Shown here piece by piece: positions 25,801 through 38,788 of a stretch of DNA of 64,000 nucleotides; the stretch's first letter is position 1; each line of letters begins with the position of its first letter. A program made the position numbers and the translations under genes. Source of the stretch: Geosiphon pyriformis uo1 (lineage: Eukaryota > Fungi > Glomeromycota); contig JAAOMT010000283.1 in NCBI GenBank assembly GCA_016748015.1, forward strand, positions 252,108 through 316,107, given 5' to 3'. A model generated the notes under the pieces. That model had not been told where the DNA came from and did no database searches. It was given only the letters and a program-made list of their open reading frames with translations.

Positions 25801-28800
25801 CTATTAGCTAGAGAGGTTTTCAAGAAAAAATAGTTTAGAGGATATGACAATGTTTTTACTAAAGAGTTATCCAGGTTCTACAAGCTTGAACTTTTGGTCC
25901 CAAAAATAGTTAAGGCTTCTTGGCTAGTTTTTTGTGATGTGTTTGATTCTTTGCTGGCTAAGTGGGAGAGTTTTAATGCTGCTAATACAGCAGTTGTGAA
26001 ATTGCTTGTCAACTCTGGATCTTGTTTTGATGATATCAGATCTGCTTTGGCTAAGATCAGAAAATTTTATTGCTTTTCTAAATTATCAGAATTCAAACAT
26101 GCTGAGGAATCTCAAATCAAACTGGCCATTAATAAACGGATGGAGAGTTTTGTGGTTAATAAAGGCCACATAATCAGAAATGTGCTAGAGCATTCTTTTT
26201 AGAAGGTAATCTTAGACCATCTTGTTATAGAAAAAGAATTAGTATTAGAATCTGAGCTGGTTAAGGCCAAAGTGAACACAATCATAGAAGGTTGGACTAA
26301 AAAGCATAGGGTGGTAATAGATTTTCCTGGTAACTAAACTTATTAATATTGGTCTTTAAAGTATGTTTTTGACAACACTTTTTCAAATATGATGTATTTA
26401 GTTGGTTTCAATAAGTTATATGGTGTGGTTTCTGATCTGCCTGATGGCAAAGCTGCTGGTTTTTCTGGGATCTCAAATGAGCTCTGAAAGCATTGTGATA
26501 TATTTATCTTGGATATGCTTTTAATGCTTATAAACTTTTGTTTGTTGCATGAATTAGTGTTCAGTACTTGGAAGGAAGTCTGGGTATCAATGGTTTGCAA
26601 GCCATATAAATGAGAAAGAGTTCTTACAAATACTTATCCTATTGCCTTAATTAAAACTGCTTACAAAATTCTTTCCAAATTTCTTTCAAACAAGATCTCT
26701 TTAGCATACAGCAATTTTGATGTTTTATGAGGAGACAATTTCTTTGTTTTAAAGAATATGATAACACAATCTCCAATTTTTACCATTGGCTCAGTTGTTG
26801 AGGATGCTTTGAAAAAGAATTATGAATTTTGGCTTGTTTTGCAGAACATGTAAAAGACTTATGATTTGGTTGAATGGGAGCATCTTAAAAAAAGCTTGGT
26901 CAGAATCAAAATATGTAACAAGTTTATTAGATTTTTTGGTAGTATTCACAATAATCACATCAACAGGGTTATGATTGATTTTGGGTTAACAAATAAATAT
27001 TAGGTGCATGATAGTTTGGATCAGAAAGAGGTGTTCTCACCTTTTCTCTGGTGTGTATTCTATGATTCTCTTTTGTGTAAAGTTAAGAGACAGGAGAGTG
27101 TATATGGGTACAAAATGAACACTCATTTCATATCTAGGACTGGTTGCTCTGAATTTCAAGCTAGGTTAATATCTTTTTTTGCTGCTGGTGCATTTGTTGA
27201 TGATACAATTTGGGTGGAAAATAGTTAGGCTATTATTCAATACATTTTAGACATTGCAAGTGAGTTTTTTAAAATCAATGGCATTTCAATCAATAATAAG
27301 AAAACAATGACTATTTCTATTAATCAGAGGGTTAAGGAAGCTTCACTGTCAATTAGTGGTCTGCTGATATTTATTGCACAAAAAGAAGAATCTCATAGGT
27401 ATTTAGGCATTTTTTTGTCTTTTGAGAGTTTGTCCAAGCCTAACTTGGCAAAAGCTCACTTGGATGTTAGATTTTTTGCTAATATGATTTTAAGAAAGGC
27501 AATTTCAGACAAGTAGTTTCTTTATTTGGTTTCAGTAATGCTATACCCTATTATTGGATACTGAATCCAATTCAGTTTTGTTTTTAAGAGTGTGTTCAAT
27601 AAGTAAGACATGGTAATCAGGAAGGGGTTGAGATTAAAAACTGGCTTGCCTAGAGATTTTTCCAACAAAATTATTCATTATCCATTTTTGTATGGTTTGA
27701 AGTTTTTTAAGCAAGTGCAAGCTGAGAGTAAAGCTGTTTCCATGTTGTGGTTTTCAAATACTAGTAGTGTTCTTGATTGCCTATTCAATCATAAATCTTT
27801 AGATTTGCAAGTTTTAAGTTGGTCTCCTATGCATCTTTTGTGAGTTCTTATTAGGTTGAAAATTAGTCCAGTCAATAATTTTCTAGCTGGCATTGTAAAA
27901 ATTTTTTTGACCTATAATATGTCTCTTGACATAGGTTCTTTTTCGACATTCCATTTTTCAAGTGGTACTTTTATGTCATTTGTTTTAGAAGCCTCTGTGT
28001 TTCTAGATGTTTTTAGGTCACTTAGAAGATTTGGTGTTGCTTTCATTGAACAATTGTTTGATAAAAAGGGGTCAATTTTTGATTGGAAGAGATTCTATTA
28101 GTAGAAGCACCTTGATCCTAAGGGCCTGGTTTTTGTTTGGTTCAGATTGGCTTGTGATTATTTTAATAGTGCTCCCTTTTGCCTTGCAGCTTAGTCCTTG
28201 AATATTGAGTTTTGGTCCATAGATGTTTACAATTCTGATGATTTTTCAGCTGTACAACATAATTTTTTAGATGCTAATTTGAATGTTATTAATGTTTACA
28301 TGGATGGATCTTTAAAGGACTTGGGTATATGCTATATAAAATATAGTGCAGCTGTGTTTTTTTCTGATCTTAGTGTGAGCATTAGGATTGAGATTGGTGG
28401 TCTTGTGTCTTCTATAATGGCAGAATTGCAGGTGATTACTTTGGCATTGGATTGTGTTCTTGCTCACAGTAGTATTAGATTATATTCGGACAGTTAAGCA
28501 GTACTGGATGCTTGTGCTACAGAGTTAAATTTGGCTTTGCCTGACTTTTGCAATAGTTGCTGGTTGGAAAGACATTATATTGTGAATTTAATTAAGAGTA
28601 AGAGACTTAGTGTGTCTTAGATTAAGATCAAAGGACATTCAGGGATAGATGGCAATGAATGCACTAATATGTTAGCCAATTTGGCTTTTTGTTCAAACTT
28701 GGTTTTTTCTGTTTTGAGTGCTGGGAAAAGTATTAGTGTTGGTAGAGTGGTAGTTTTTAGTAATATTTGCTATTTTGTTTGGGATGTTTTTAAGACTGTT

Positions 28801-29706
28801 CATCATGCATATTGGAAAGTCAGCCCTAGGACTGATGTTATTAATACAAATATGATAAGAAATATGAATTAGATTCAGACTGCCTCAGTTTGGCACCTTG
28901 ATGCACATATGGCAACTGGCTTTATGAATAGATCTACTGCTGGATTGCAATTATATTTTATGAAAGCACTGAATCATTGTCTGCCAGTTGCTGTTCAGAA
29001 ACACTTGTATAATAGGAAATATCTTAGTGTGTTATGTTTCTATTATAGAAACATGGAGACTTTTGACCATTCATTTGTGTGTTCTTTTGATTTTAATACC
29101 AGGAAGAGCCTGCTTGATGTAAGCTTAATGGAATAAGAAGTTTTGTCAAATTTAGGTTTGTCATTATGCATTTTACAGATGCTCTTTTTGAGTGCTTTTA
29201 ATAGTGCTGTGTATACTGCCTTATGTAAAGACTTTGTGTTTAGAGATTGGGTTTTAGAGACCATGTCTATTTGTGATAGTATTAAAATAGCCCATATTAA
29301 GATGGTTAAGTTTATGTGGAAATTGGAATTGGCTCACTGGACTGAGATATGGTTGGTAAGAGCTAAGTACAGGTCAATTATAGAAAAAAAAGGCCTGATT
29401 GCATGCAATAATTTGGTTCCCTCTAAAGTTTTTGGTCTGTTTATTTTGTTTTCTAATGGTGTTGTTAAGCTGTTTGGAATTGTGGAGGTACAAGATGTTA
29501 GTTTTGGTTTTCGTAAACTCTGTAGTTTTTTTTCTGGTACTAATTGTGTTGTGACTGTTATAATAGATTTGTAGTGCTGTTCTGATTGGCCTGAGTGGCT
29601 GGTCACATATAGAAAATACATGATTAGTACCTAGTTTAAATCACTTCATTTGATGTATTGTGCTAAGTAGCTTGTGGGCCTTACTCATAAAATGAATAAA
29701 AAAAAA
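22891..29706 (+). mobile_element. LINE-4 copy: full-length, heavily decayed non-LTR retrotransposon (ORF1 about 23009-24891, ORF2 24888-29574)
   Basis: 12-bp target-site duplication ATTATATAATTA (22879-22890 and 29707-29718), AFVDDTIW RT motif, RNase H remnants, 3'UTR hairpin, poly(A). Confidence 0.9.
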
Positions 29707-29728
29707 ATTATATAATTAGCCATCTTAT

Positions 29729-30359
29729 TGTTATGGTTGAAACTTATACTTCTTATTAATTATCATATGTATTACCCACTAATGTTATATAAATTAGCCA
29801 CTCTATTTTTAGAAAGTGATCATTGACCACTTTTGATAGCTATATAAGCAATAAATCTCTTAGCTGTAGAAAAGTATGTAGAAATCAAGGAAATCAATTA
29901 AATAAAATAACAACATTCATCTCAATCATTTTCTTATTGCTAAATTCTCTTTCCCTACTTTCAAGTATCTAAACATCTTGAGATAAAAGATTACTTGTTG
30001 GTTATTTTTTACTCTTTTCCTAAAATGTGTAATTGCAGCATTTGAAAATTATTGAATAAAGCATGACTGAAAAGTACATCTAATACCTGATATTGAATTC
30101 TAAGAGTGCCAATATAAAGCATAGAATTATACCAGGCATGATCATTTGTTGACAGTATAAACTATTCCTTTACTTTCAGACTCCCCAGTTATCTTTTGAA
30201 AAATACAGTGACTGAAATATTTTATGAGACTGATCTTGCACATTGAATCCATACTTATTCAATTTACTTTTTTAAGTTGAATTCTCTTTGATTCCTTTTA
30301 TCACTCTACAATCCTGTTCTTTCTTGCTATCTGTTAGCTTGTTACTCCAACTCATAACA
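29729..30359 (+). repeat. A1 5' LTR (631 bp, one 12-bp unit)
   Basis: TGTTATGG...ATAACA, followed by taaaag and the PBS tggtgcttcctgtaagg. Confidence 0.9.
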
Positions 30360-30411
30360 TAAAAGTGGTGCTTCCTGTAAGGTTGTCAAAATCCACTTTG
30401 TTTTCTATTGT

Positions 30412-33400
30412 ATGGGTGATTATTTATACCTGCCACAACAATCAGAAGAACACTTTGAAGCACATAACAAAAATAATCTAAATTTTATTGAATTCAATCC
30501 TTTGCCCTCCTGCTTAATTTGCTTCCCTATTGAAAAACAATTCAGTAGACAATTCCAAGACTTTTGGAACTGGTTTCTGAATGAGCATTCAGCTGAAACT
30601 TACACAGCTTATACAACCTATTACTTTAACCAAGCTTATCTTGAAGACAACTTTGAAGAAAGAAACAACAGTATCAATCAGCTCTTATATTCTACAACCT
30701 TTGAACAACAACCTCCTGATTTCAAATATCTGAATCATCAAATTCACATTTGGATTGCTGCCTATTAATCAACTGAAACTTCTTTTGAAATAGAAAAAGA
30801 AAGCTATCAAACTGCTCCCATTTTTGATCTCTTTTTAAGTAAATCAGAACACTCCACATAAACAGTTACACCTGAACTAATGGCTCAAGACTCTTTGCAA
30901 CAAAACATTTTGATCGCTCTCTAAGATATACAAATTGCTTTAGAGTAAAGAAACAACATCCTATTACTATTATTCAAAGATAATGCCCAAAATCCAATTG
31001 AATGGCTGGATAATTTTAAGAAAGCTGTCACAGCAAACCAATATGATAATGAATACAAGTTCCAAATCATTGGTGGCTACCTCCAAGACTCTCCTGCTAC
31101 TTGGTTTTTACAAGAAACCAATACCAATGTTTAGCAAAAAATCATTAGATGGACATCAGCAAATGCTGAAGAAAATAACACCTCTTTTACTACCTGGTTT
31201 GAAACAAAATTTAGAACTTCTATCTTGATATCCAAATGGCACATGAAATTGGAAAGAAGAACTCAAGACCCAGGAGAAATAGTAATTGAATATGCTAAAG
31301 CCATTAAAAAATTAATTAAGCATGTAGACTCTGGTAGAAATTGAACAGAAGAGCAAAAGATTTATTTCTTCACAAAAAGATTGAAAACTGATCTTTCATA
31401 TGCTCTTTGGCCTCTTTTGGCCCTGAAAGATAATCCCACAATGGATATGGCCATTAAACTTGTTCAGAGAATAGAAGACAACCAAAGAATACACCTAAAA
31501 TCTACTTTTCTAGTTTTTGCTCCTGCTCTTATCATGGTTCTAGCTCCACAAATGGCTGTTACCTCTTTTGCCACTTATGCTCAAGACCCCAATGAACAAT
31601 TAATAGACAGACTTACTGTTAACTTTGCTTGGCTATTAGAACTATTAGCCCAAGCAGTCAGAGACAACCAGCAACTTCAAAGACCCAGATTTGAATCTCA
31701 CTTCAATTAGTCCCAACAACCACTATATCAAAGACAACAAAATTGTGACCCATCTACGTGCTATCACTATGGACTAACTGGATACTTTTCCAGAGACTGC
31801 CACAATCCTCTATTGCTCCTTCCAGCTCCTAAAAATAATAACACCCAGAATAACAAATCCAACAATAATAATATTCCTAATCAAAGACCCAATCATGCCA
31901 ACATTAATTTTTTTGGAGAGAATTCTTTAGTTAAAACTACTGTTTATCAGCATTTAAACTGGTAGGTACACCTTCAAAGGGTAAAAGTGCAAGCCAACCA
32001 GAAGAAAACCCCTTTTACACTTTTAACCTAACTATTGACAATCATGATATGAATGAACTGACAATCAATATCTCTGACTTAACAAAAAAAAAGAAGAAAG
32101 CCAAAGTTGATTTTGTTTTAGATCTCAACAAAGTCTCAACTTCTACTGCTGACAACAATAAGCTACCAAAGACTAAAGTTTTTAAAAATCTTCCAAAGTT
32201 AGAATCTCCAGAAATAGTACAAAAATCTGGCTTCTATTCTGTTGTTAAAAATTTTATGGAAACTCCAGCACACATTATATTTGGCCAACTAATGACCCAT
32301 CTACAGTTTAGAAAAAATCTTCACAAATCATTGATACTAAAGAAGAAGACACCAAAAACCAATAAGCATTCTCATCAAGCTGGATTTGCTGACAACAGCA
32401 ATGTCACTCCTCTGATTTGCAAAGTCCAAGTGGCTGGCTACTTTATTGATTTGATTCTAGACAATGAATCATCTGTTAATGTAATTGTCAAACACTTTCT
32501 GGAAGCCATTGGAAGAAAGATTGATGAACCTTCCACCTGGTCTATAACCAATGTACATGGTGACAAAAAAAAAGATCTGGATATAGCCAAAGCTGTTCCT
32601 GTTCACATCAATGATATTAACATCAAAACAGACATAGAAGTATCTGAAGCAAAAGAGTATATTATTATTGTTGGTAATAAGTGGCTTAAGAAAGCCAAAG
32701 CACTACTTAACTATGAACTTTGTGAACTAATCATCAGATGTAATAAGAAATCCATTGTGATTAAATGCTGTCATTGGACAACTCCTCCAGTAATCAAACA
32801 GAACCAAGAAAAAAAACAATCAGATAAATCAGATAATGATAAGAATGATGATAAAGAAGATTAAGAAGAATAAGAAAAAACTACTGAACTCGCTTATACC
32901 ATTTTCACCAACAATGACAAGCCACTGGACAATATTAAAGCTGACAAAGAAGAAATCATGATAAATGGCAAGCTGATTTGCTGGCCCTACTATAACATCC
33001 TCAGAAGAATCTTTGATAGAAAACCTGACAAGAAAGCCAAATACAGCTATTGGTGGCATGGTTCTTGTACCAGATGCTGGTGTGATAAACTTTTGTATTT
33101 CCCTAATGATAAATACAAGTTCTGCCTAATTTATTACAAAGATTGGGAGCCAATTAGTTTGATACCCAGAGAAGAACTAAAAAAAGTACAAAAGTCCTTT
33201 GAGAATAAACCACCTAAAATCCAATTACTAATTGTAAAACAAAGAAAATCTTCTCCTGAAAAAAGAAAAGTAGACATTGAAAATCTGTTGGCTAGGAATA
33301 GCCCAGTTATTTCAAAAGAAGATGACACCTCTAAATGAACCCATGTGATACAACACACTATTACCACCAAAGAAACTTGCCCCATCTATTTGAAGCCTTA

Positions 33401-33697
33401 TCAATCCAATTGACACAATAATGAGTTTATTAAAAAAGAAATAAACAGGATAAAAGATCTTGGATTCATACAAGAAACCAAGAGTAAATGGGCTTTTTCA
33501 GTTGTAGTAGTATCCAAGAAAGGTGGCACCCTATGCTTTTGTGTTGACTACTGCCAATTAAATGCCATCACTATAAGAAACATATACTCACTCCCCAAAA
33601 TTAATGCAATGCTAGATAAATTCAATAGTGTTGTTTTCTTCTTAATTATTGATTTAATTGCTGGATTCTGAAAAGTAGAGATAGATCCAGAAAGCAG
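30412..33697 (+). pseudogene. A1 gag (to 31965) and 5' pol (protease, Cys insert, RT start), decayed
   Basis: Collinear with A2 34490-37770; LILD(N/S)ESS protease-site remnant; TTTAAAC at 31953. Confidence 0.82.
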
Positions 33698-34489
33698 TGT
33701 TATGGTTGAAACCCATAATTTTTATTAATTATTACATGTATTAGCCACTAATGTCATATAATTAGCCACTCTATTTTTAGATAGTGATCATTGACCTGAT
33801 CAATGACCTAACCGTTGACCTAATCATTGACCTGATCATTGACCTAATTAATGACCAGATCATTGACCTGATCATTGACCTGATCATTAACCTAATCATT
33901 GACCTGGTCGTTGACCATTTTCAATAGCTATATAAGCAATAAGTCTCTTAGCTGTAGAAAATCATCTCTCAGACAAAAATCAAATAAATAAAAATAACAA
34001 CTTTCATCTCAATCACTCTCTTATTGCTAATTTCCCTTTTCCTACCTTCAAGTATCTGAACATCTTTTGGATAAAAGATTACTTGTTGGCACTTTCCTGA
34101 AACATGTAATTGCAGTATTTAAAGATTATTTGAATAAACATGACTGAAGAGCACAAGTTGATACCTGATATTGAATTCTAAGAGTGCTAACGTGAGGCAT
34201 AGAATTATACCAGCGGTTATCAATTGTTAACAGTATGGACTATTCCTCTACCTTCAGATTCCCCAGTTACCTTTGAAAAGAATAGCGACTGAGATATTTT
34301 ATGAGACTGATCTCACACATTGAATCCATACTCATTTAATTTGCTCTTTAAAGTTAAATTTCCCTTTGATTATTTCCATCACCCTACAATCCTGTTCTTT
34401 TTTGCTATCTGTTAGCTTGTTACTCCAATCTATAACATAAAAGTAGTGCTCCCTGTAAGGTTGTCAAAATCCACTTTGTTTTCTATTGT

Positions 34490-36040
34490 ATGGGTGATTA
34501 TTCATATCTGCCACAACAATCAAAAGAACACTTTAAAGCACACAACAAAAACGATCTAGACTTTATTGAACTCAATCCTTTGCCCTCCTGCTTGATTTGC
34601 TTTCCCATTGAAAAACAATCCAGCAGACAATTCCAAAACTTTTGGAACTGGTTCTTGAATGAGCATTCAGCTGAAATCTACACAGCTTATACAATCTATT
34701 ACTTTGACCAAGCTTATTTTAAAGACAACTTTGAAGGAAGAAACAACAGTATTAATTAGCTTTTATATTCTGCAACTTTTGAACAACAGCCCCCTGATTT
34801 TGAATATCTGAATCATCAAATCCATATTTGGATTGCTGCCTATCAATCAACAGAAACTCCTCTTGAAACAGAAAAAGAAAGTTATCAAACTGCTCCTGTT
34901 TTTGATCTCTTTTCAAGTGAATCAGAACACTCCACACAAACAGTTACATCTGAACCAATGGCTCAAGACCCTCTGCAACAAAACATTCTGATTGCTCTAC
35001 AAGGTATACAGACTGCTTTAGGGCGAAGAAACAACACCCCATTACCATTATTCAGAGGTGATGCCCAAGACCCAATTGAATGGTTGAATGACTTTGAGAG
35101 AGCTGCTACAGCCAACCAATATGATGATAAGTACAAGTTTCAAATTGTTGGTGGCTATTTCCAAGACTCCCCTGCTATCTGGTTTTCACAAGAAACCAAT
35201 GCTGGTGCTCAACAAAGAATTGTTAGATAGACCCCAGCAAATATTGGAGAAAACAACACCTCTTTTACTACCCGGTTTGAAAACAAATTCAGAACTCCCA
35301 TCTTAATATCCAAATGGCATATATAATTAGAAAGAAGAATCCAAGATCCTGGTGAAATTGTGACCAAATATGCCAAAGCAATCAGAAAACTCATCAAGTG
35401 TGTAGACTCTGGTAGAAACTGAACTGAAGAGTAAAAAATCTACTCCTTTACAAAAGGATTGAGAACTGATTTATCATATGCTCTTTGGCCTCTCTTGGCT
35501 TTAAAAGATAATTCCACTATGAATATGGCCATTGAACTTGCCCAAAGAATTGAAGACAATTAAAGAATGCATTTGGAATCCACACTTCCAGTTTTTGCTC
35601 CTGCTCCTGTTATGGCTCTTACTCCTCAAATAGCCACTATTTCTTTTGCTGCCCAAACACAAGATCCAAATGAACAATTAATAGATAGACTTACAGCAAA
35701 TCTTGCTTAGCTATTAGAACCATTAGCCCAAGCAGTCAAAGATAACTAGCAACCACAAAGACCCAGATTTGAAAACCATTTTAATCAGCCCCAGCAACCC
35801 TTTTACCAAAGACAGCAAAATCATGGTCCTTCTGTGTGTTATAGATGTGGATTAACTGGACATTTCTTTAAAGATTGCAACAATCCTCCACTGTCTCCTC
35901 CAGCTCTCAGAAATAATGACAACCAAAACAACTGACCCAACAACAATGTCCCCAATCAAAGACCCAATCATGCCAACATCAATTTCTTTGGAGAGGATCT
36001 CCTAATTAAAGCCACTGTTTATCAGCCTTTAAACTGGTAA
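34490..36040 (+). pseudogene. A2 gag with a ~156-aa N-terminal extension; CCHC knuckle near the end
   Basis: 34490 is in frame with MAQDPLQQ at 34958. Capsid-like FRGDAQDPIEWLNDFE; CYRCGLTGHFFKDC; ends VYQPLNW*. Confidence 0.85.
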
Positions 36041-38721
36041 GCGCACCTCCAAAGAGTGAGAGTACAAGCCAACTAGAAGAAAACCCTTTTTATGCTTTTA
36101 ACTTAACTGATGATGACCATGACATGGATGAACTAGCAATTAACACCTCAGAACCAACCAGAAAGAAGAAGAAAGCCAAGATTGATTTCGTTCTAGACCC
36201 CAACAAAGCCTCAACTTCTGCCACTGATAACAATGAGCCACCAAAGGCTAAAGTTTTTAAGAATTCTCCAAAGTTGAAACCCCTAGAAATTGTACAAAAA
36301 TCTGGACCCTATTCCATTGTCAAAAATCTCATAGAAATCCCAACACATATTACCTTTGGCCAGTTAATGACCCACCCACAGTTCAGAAAGAATCTTCACA
36401 AATCTTTGATCCCAAAGAAGAAGATACCAAAAACCAACAAGTGCTCTCACCAAGCTGGACTTGCTGACAACAGCAATGTTATCCCTCTAATTTGTAAAGC
36501 CCAAGTGGCTGGATACTTCATTGACTTAATTCTGAACAGTGAATCATCTGTTAGTGTCATTGCCAAACACTTTTTAGAAGCAATTAGTAGAAAGATTGAT
36601 GAACCTTTCACCAAACCAATGACCAACATACATGGTGACAAAAAGAAAGGACTGAGTATTGCCAAAGCTGTTCCTGTCCACATCAATGGAATTAGCATTG
36701 AAACTGACATGGAAGTTTCTAAAGCCAAGGAATACACTATTATTGTTGGCAATAAATGGCTCAAGAAAGCAAAAGCTTTGCTTGATTATAAACTTTGTGA
36801 ATTAACCATCAGATGTGGTGAGAAACCCATTGTGGTTAAATGTTGCCATTGGACAACTCCTCTAGTAACCAAACAAAACCAAGAAGAAAAACAATCAGAT
36901 GAATCAGATAATGACAAGAACAATGATAAAAAAGACCAAAAAGAACAAGAAGAAACTGCTAAACTCGCCTATACCATCTTTACCAGCAATGGCAAACCAC
37001 TGGACAATGTTAAAGCAGACAAAGAAGAAATCATTGTAAATGGCAAGCTGATCTGCTGGCCTTATTATGATATTCTTAGAAAAACCTTTGAAAGAAAACC
37101 TGGCAAGAAAGCCAAATACAGTTTTTGGTGGCATGGTCCTTATATCCAGTGTTGATGCAACAAACCCTTGTATTCTCTAAGCGATGAATGCAAATTATGC
37201 CTGATCTATTACAGAGATTGGGAACCAATCAGTTTGATACCCAGAGAAAAATTGAAAGAAGTACAAAAGTCATTTGAAAATGAACCACCTGAGATCTAAT
37301 TACTGGTTGTAAAACAAAAAGAACTCTCCTCAGAAGAAAGAAAAATAGACATTGAAAATTTGCTGGCTAAAAATAGCCCAGTTATCTCCAAAGAAAGTGA
37401 TATCCCTGGATGTATCCATGTGATACAATACACCATCACCACCAGAGAAACTCGACCCATCTATTTGAAGCCTTATCAATTCAATCGGCACAATGATAAG
37501 TTTATCAAGAAAGAAATAAACCGGATGAAAGAATTTGGATTCATACAAGAAACCAAGAGTGAATAGGCTTTTTCAGTTGTAGTGATATTCAAGAAAGATA
37601 GAACACTACACTTCTGTATTGACTACTGCCAATTAAATGCCATCACTGAAAGAGACATGTATCTACTTCCCAAGATTGATGCAATGTTAGATCAATTCAA
37701 AAATGCTGCTTTCTTTTCAACCATTGACTTAACTGCTGGATTCTGGCAAGTAGAGATGGACCCAGAAAGCAGAAAGAAAACTGCCTTCATTACCAAGTAT
37801 AGCACCTATGAATTCACAGTCATGCCTTTTGGTCTCACCAATGCCCCTCCCACCTTTTAATGCTTAATGGATAAAGTATTTGAATCAGTCAAGAAAAACT
37901 TTGTTCTAGTCTATTTGGACGACATAATGGTATACTCAAAAACCTGGAATGAACACCTGAAACATTTGCAAAAGGTTTTTGACCTCCTTAGAAATGCTGG
38001 CCTCAAGATCAACCCAATCAAATCTTTCTTTGGAAGACAATTCACCCAGTTCCTTGGTCATCTTATCACAAAAGATGGAATCTTTCCTGACCCAGCCAAA
38101 GTTGAAAAAGTCCAAAACATCAAACAACCAATAAATATTCATGAACTATGCTCTTTTCTTGGTTTGGTCTCTTATTATTGCAAATTTGTCAAAGATTTCT
38201 CCAAAATTGCCTCTCTTTTCAATCAGCTACTCAGAAAAAATGTCAATTACCATTGGGGAACACATCAGCAAAAAGCCTTTGAAACTTTAAAAGAAAAACT
38301 GGTTACAGAACCCATCCTTAAGCAACCTAATCTAGATCGACCCTTTATCCTCCATACTGATGTATCTGGCTTTGGACTTGGTGCTGTTCTCTCCCAAAAA
38401 GATGAAGATAGCAAAGAACATACCATAGCCTATGTCAGTAGAACTCTTTTCCCAGCAGAACAGAACTATTCAGTCACTGAACAAGAATGCTTAGCAGTAG
38501 TATGGTCCACCAGTTACTGGAGTAAGTATTTTCTTGGTGTGAAGTTTTTGGTGGTAACAGATCACCAAGCTTTGGTTTGGCTGTGCAACAAAAAAAGGCT
38601 AGAACACAAACAAATAACTTGCTGGATACTCCACTTGGATGAATTTGACTATGATATTCAACATTGCAAAGGAGCTAATCATCAAAATGCTGACACTCTC
38701 TCCAGACTTACCATTCAGTAA
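36028..38721 (+). pseudogene. A2 pol: aspartic protease, acidic/Cys insert, RT, RNase H (ends NADTLSRLTIQ*)
   Basis: IDLILNSESS (decayed DSGS), FCIDY, DLTAGFWQ, MPFGLTNAP, VYLDD, LHTDVS, EQECLAV, VTDHQAL, NADTLSR. Confidence 0.9.
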
Positions 38722-38788
38722 CAGAACAATCCTCTCAAACCAAACCAACTTAATTATTAGTAATTTCCTCTTTTTAACAAACACGATA

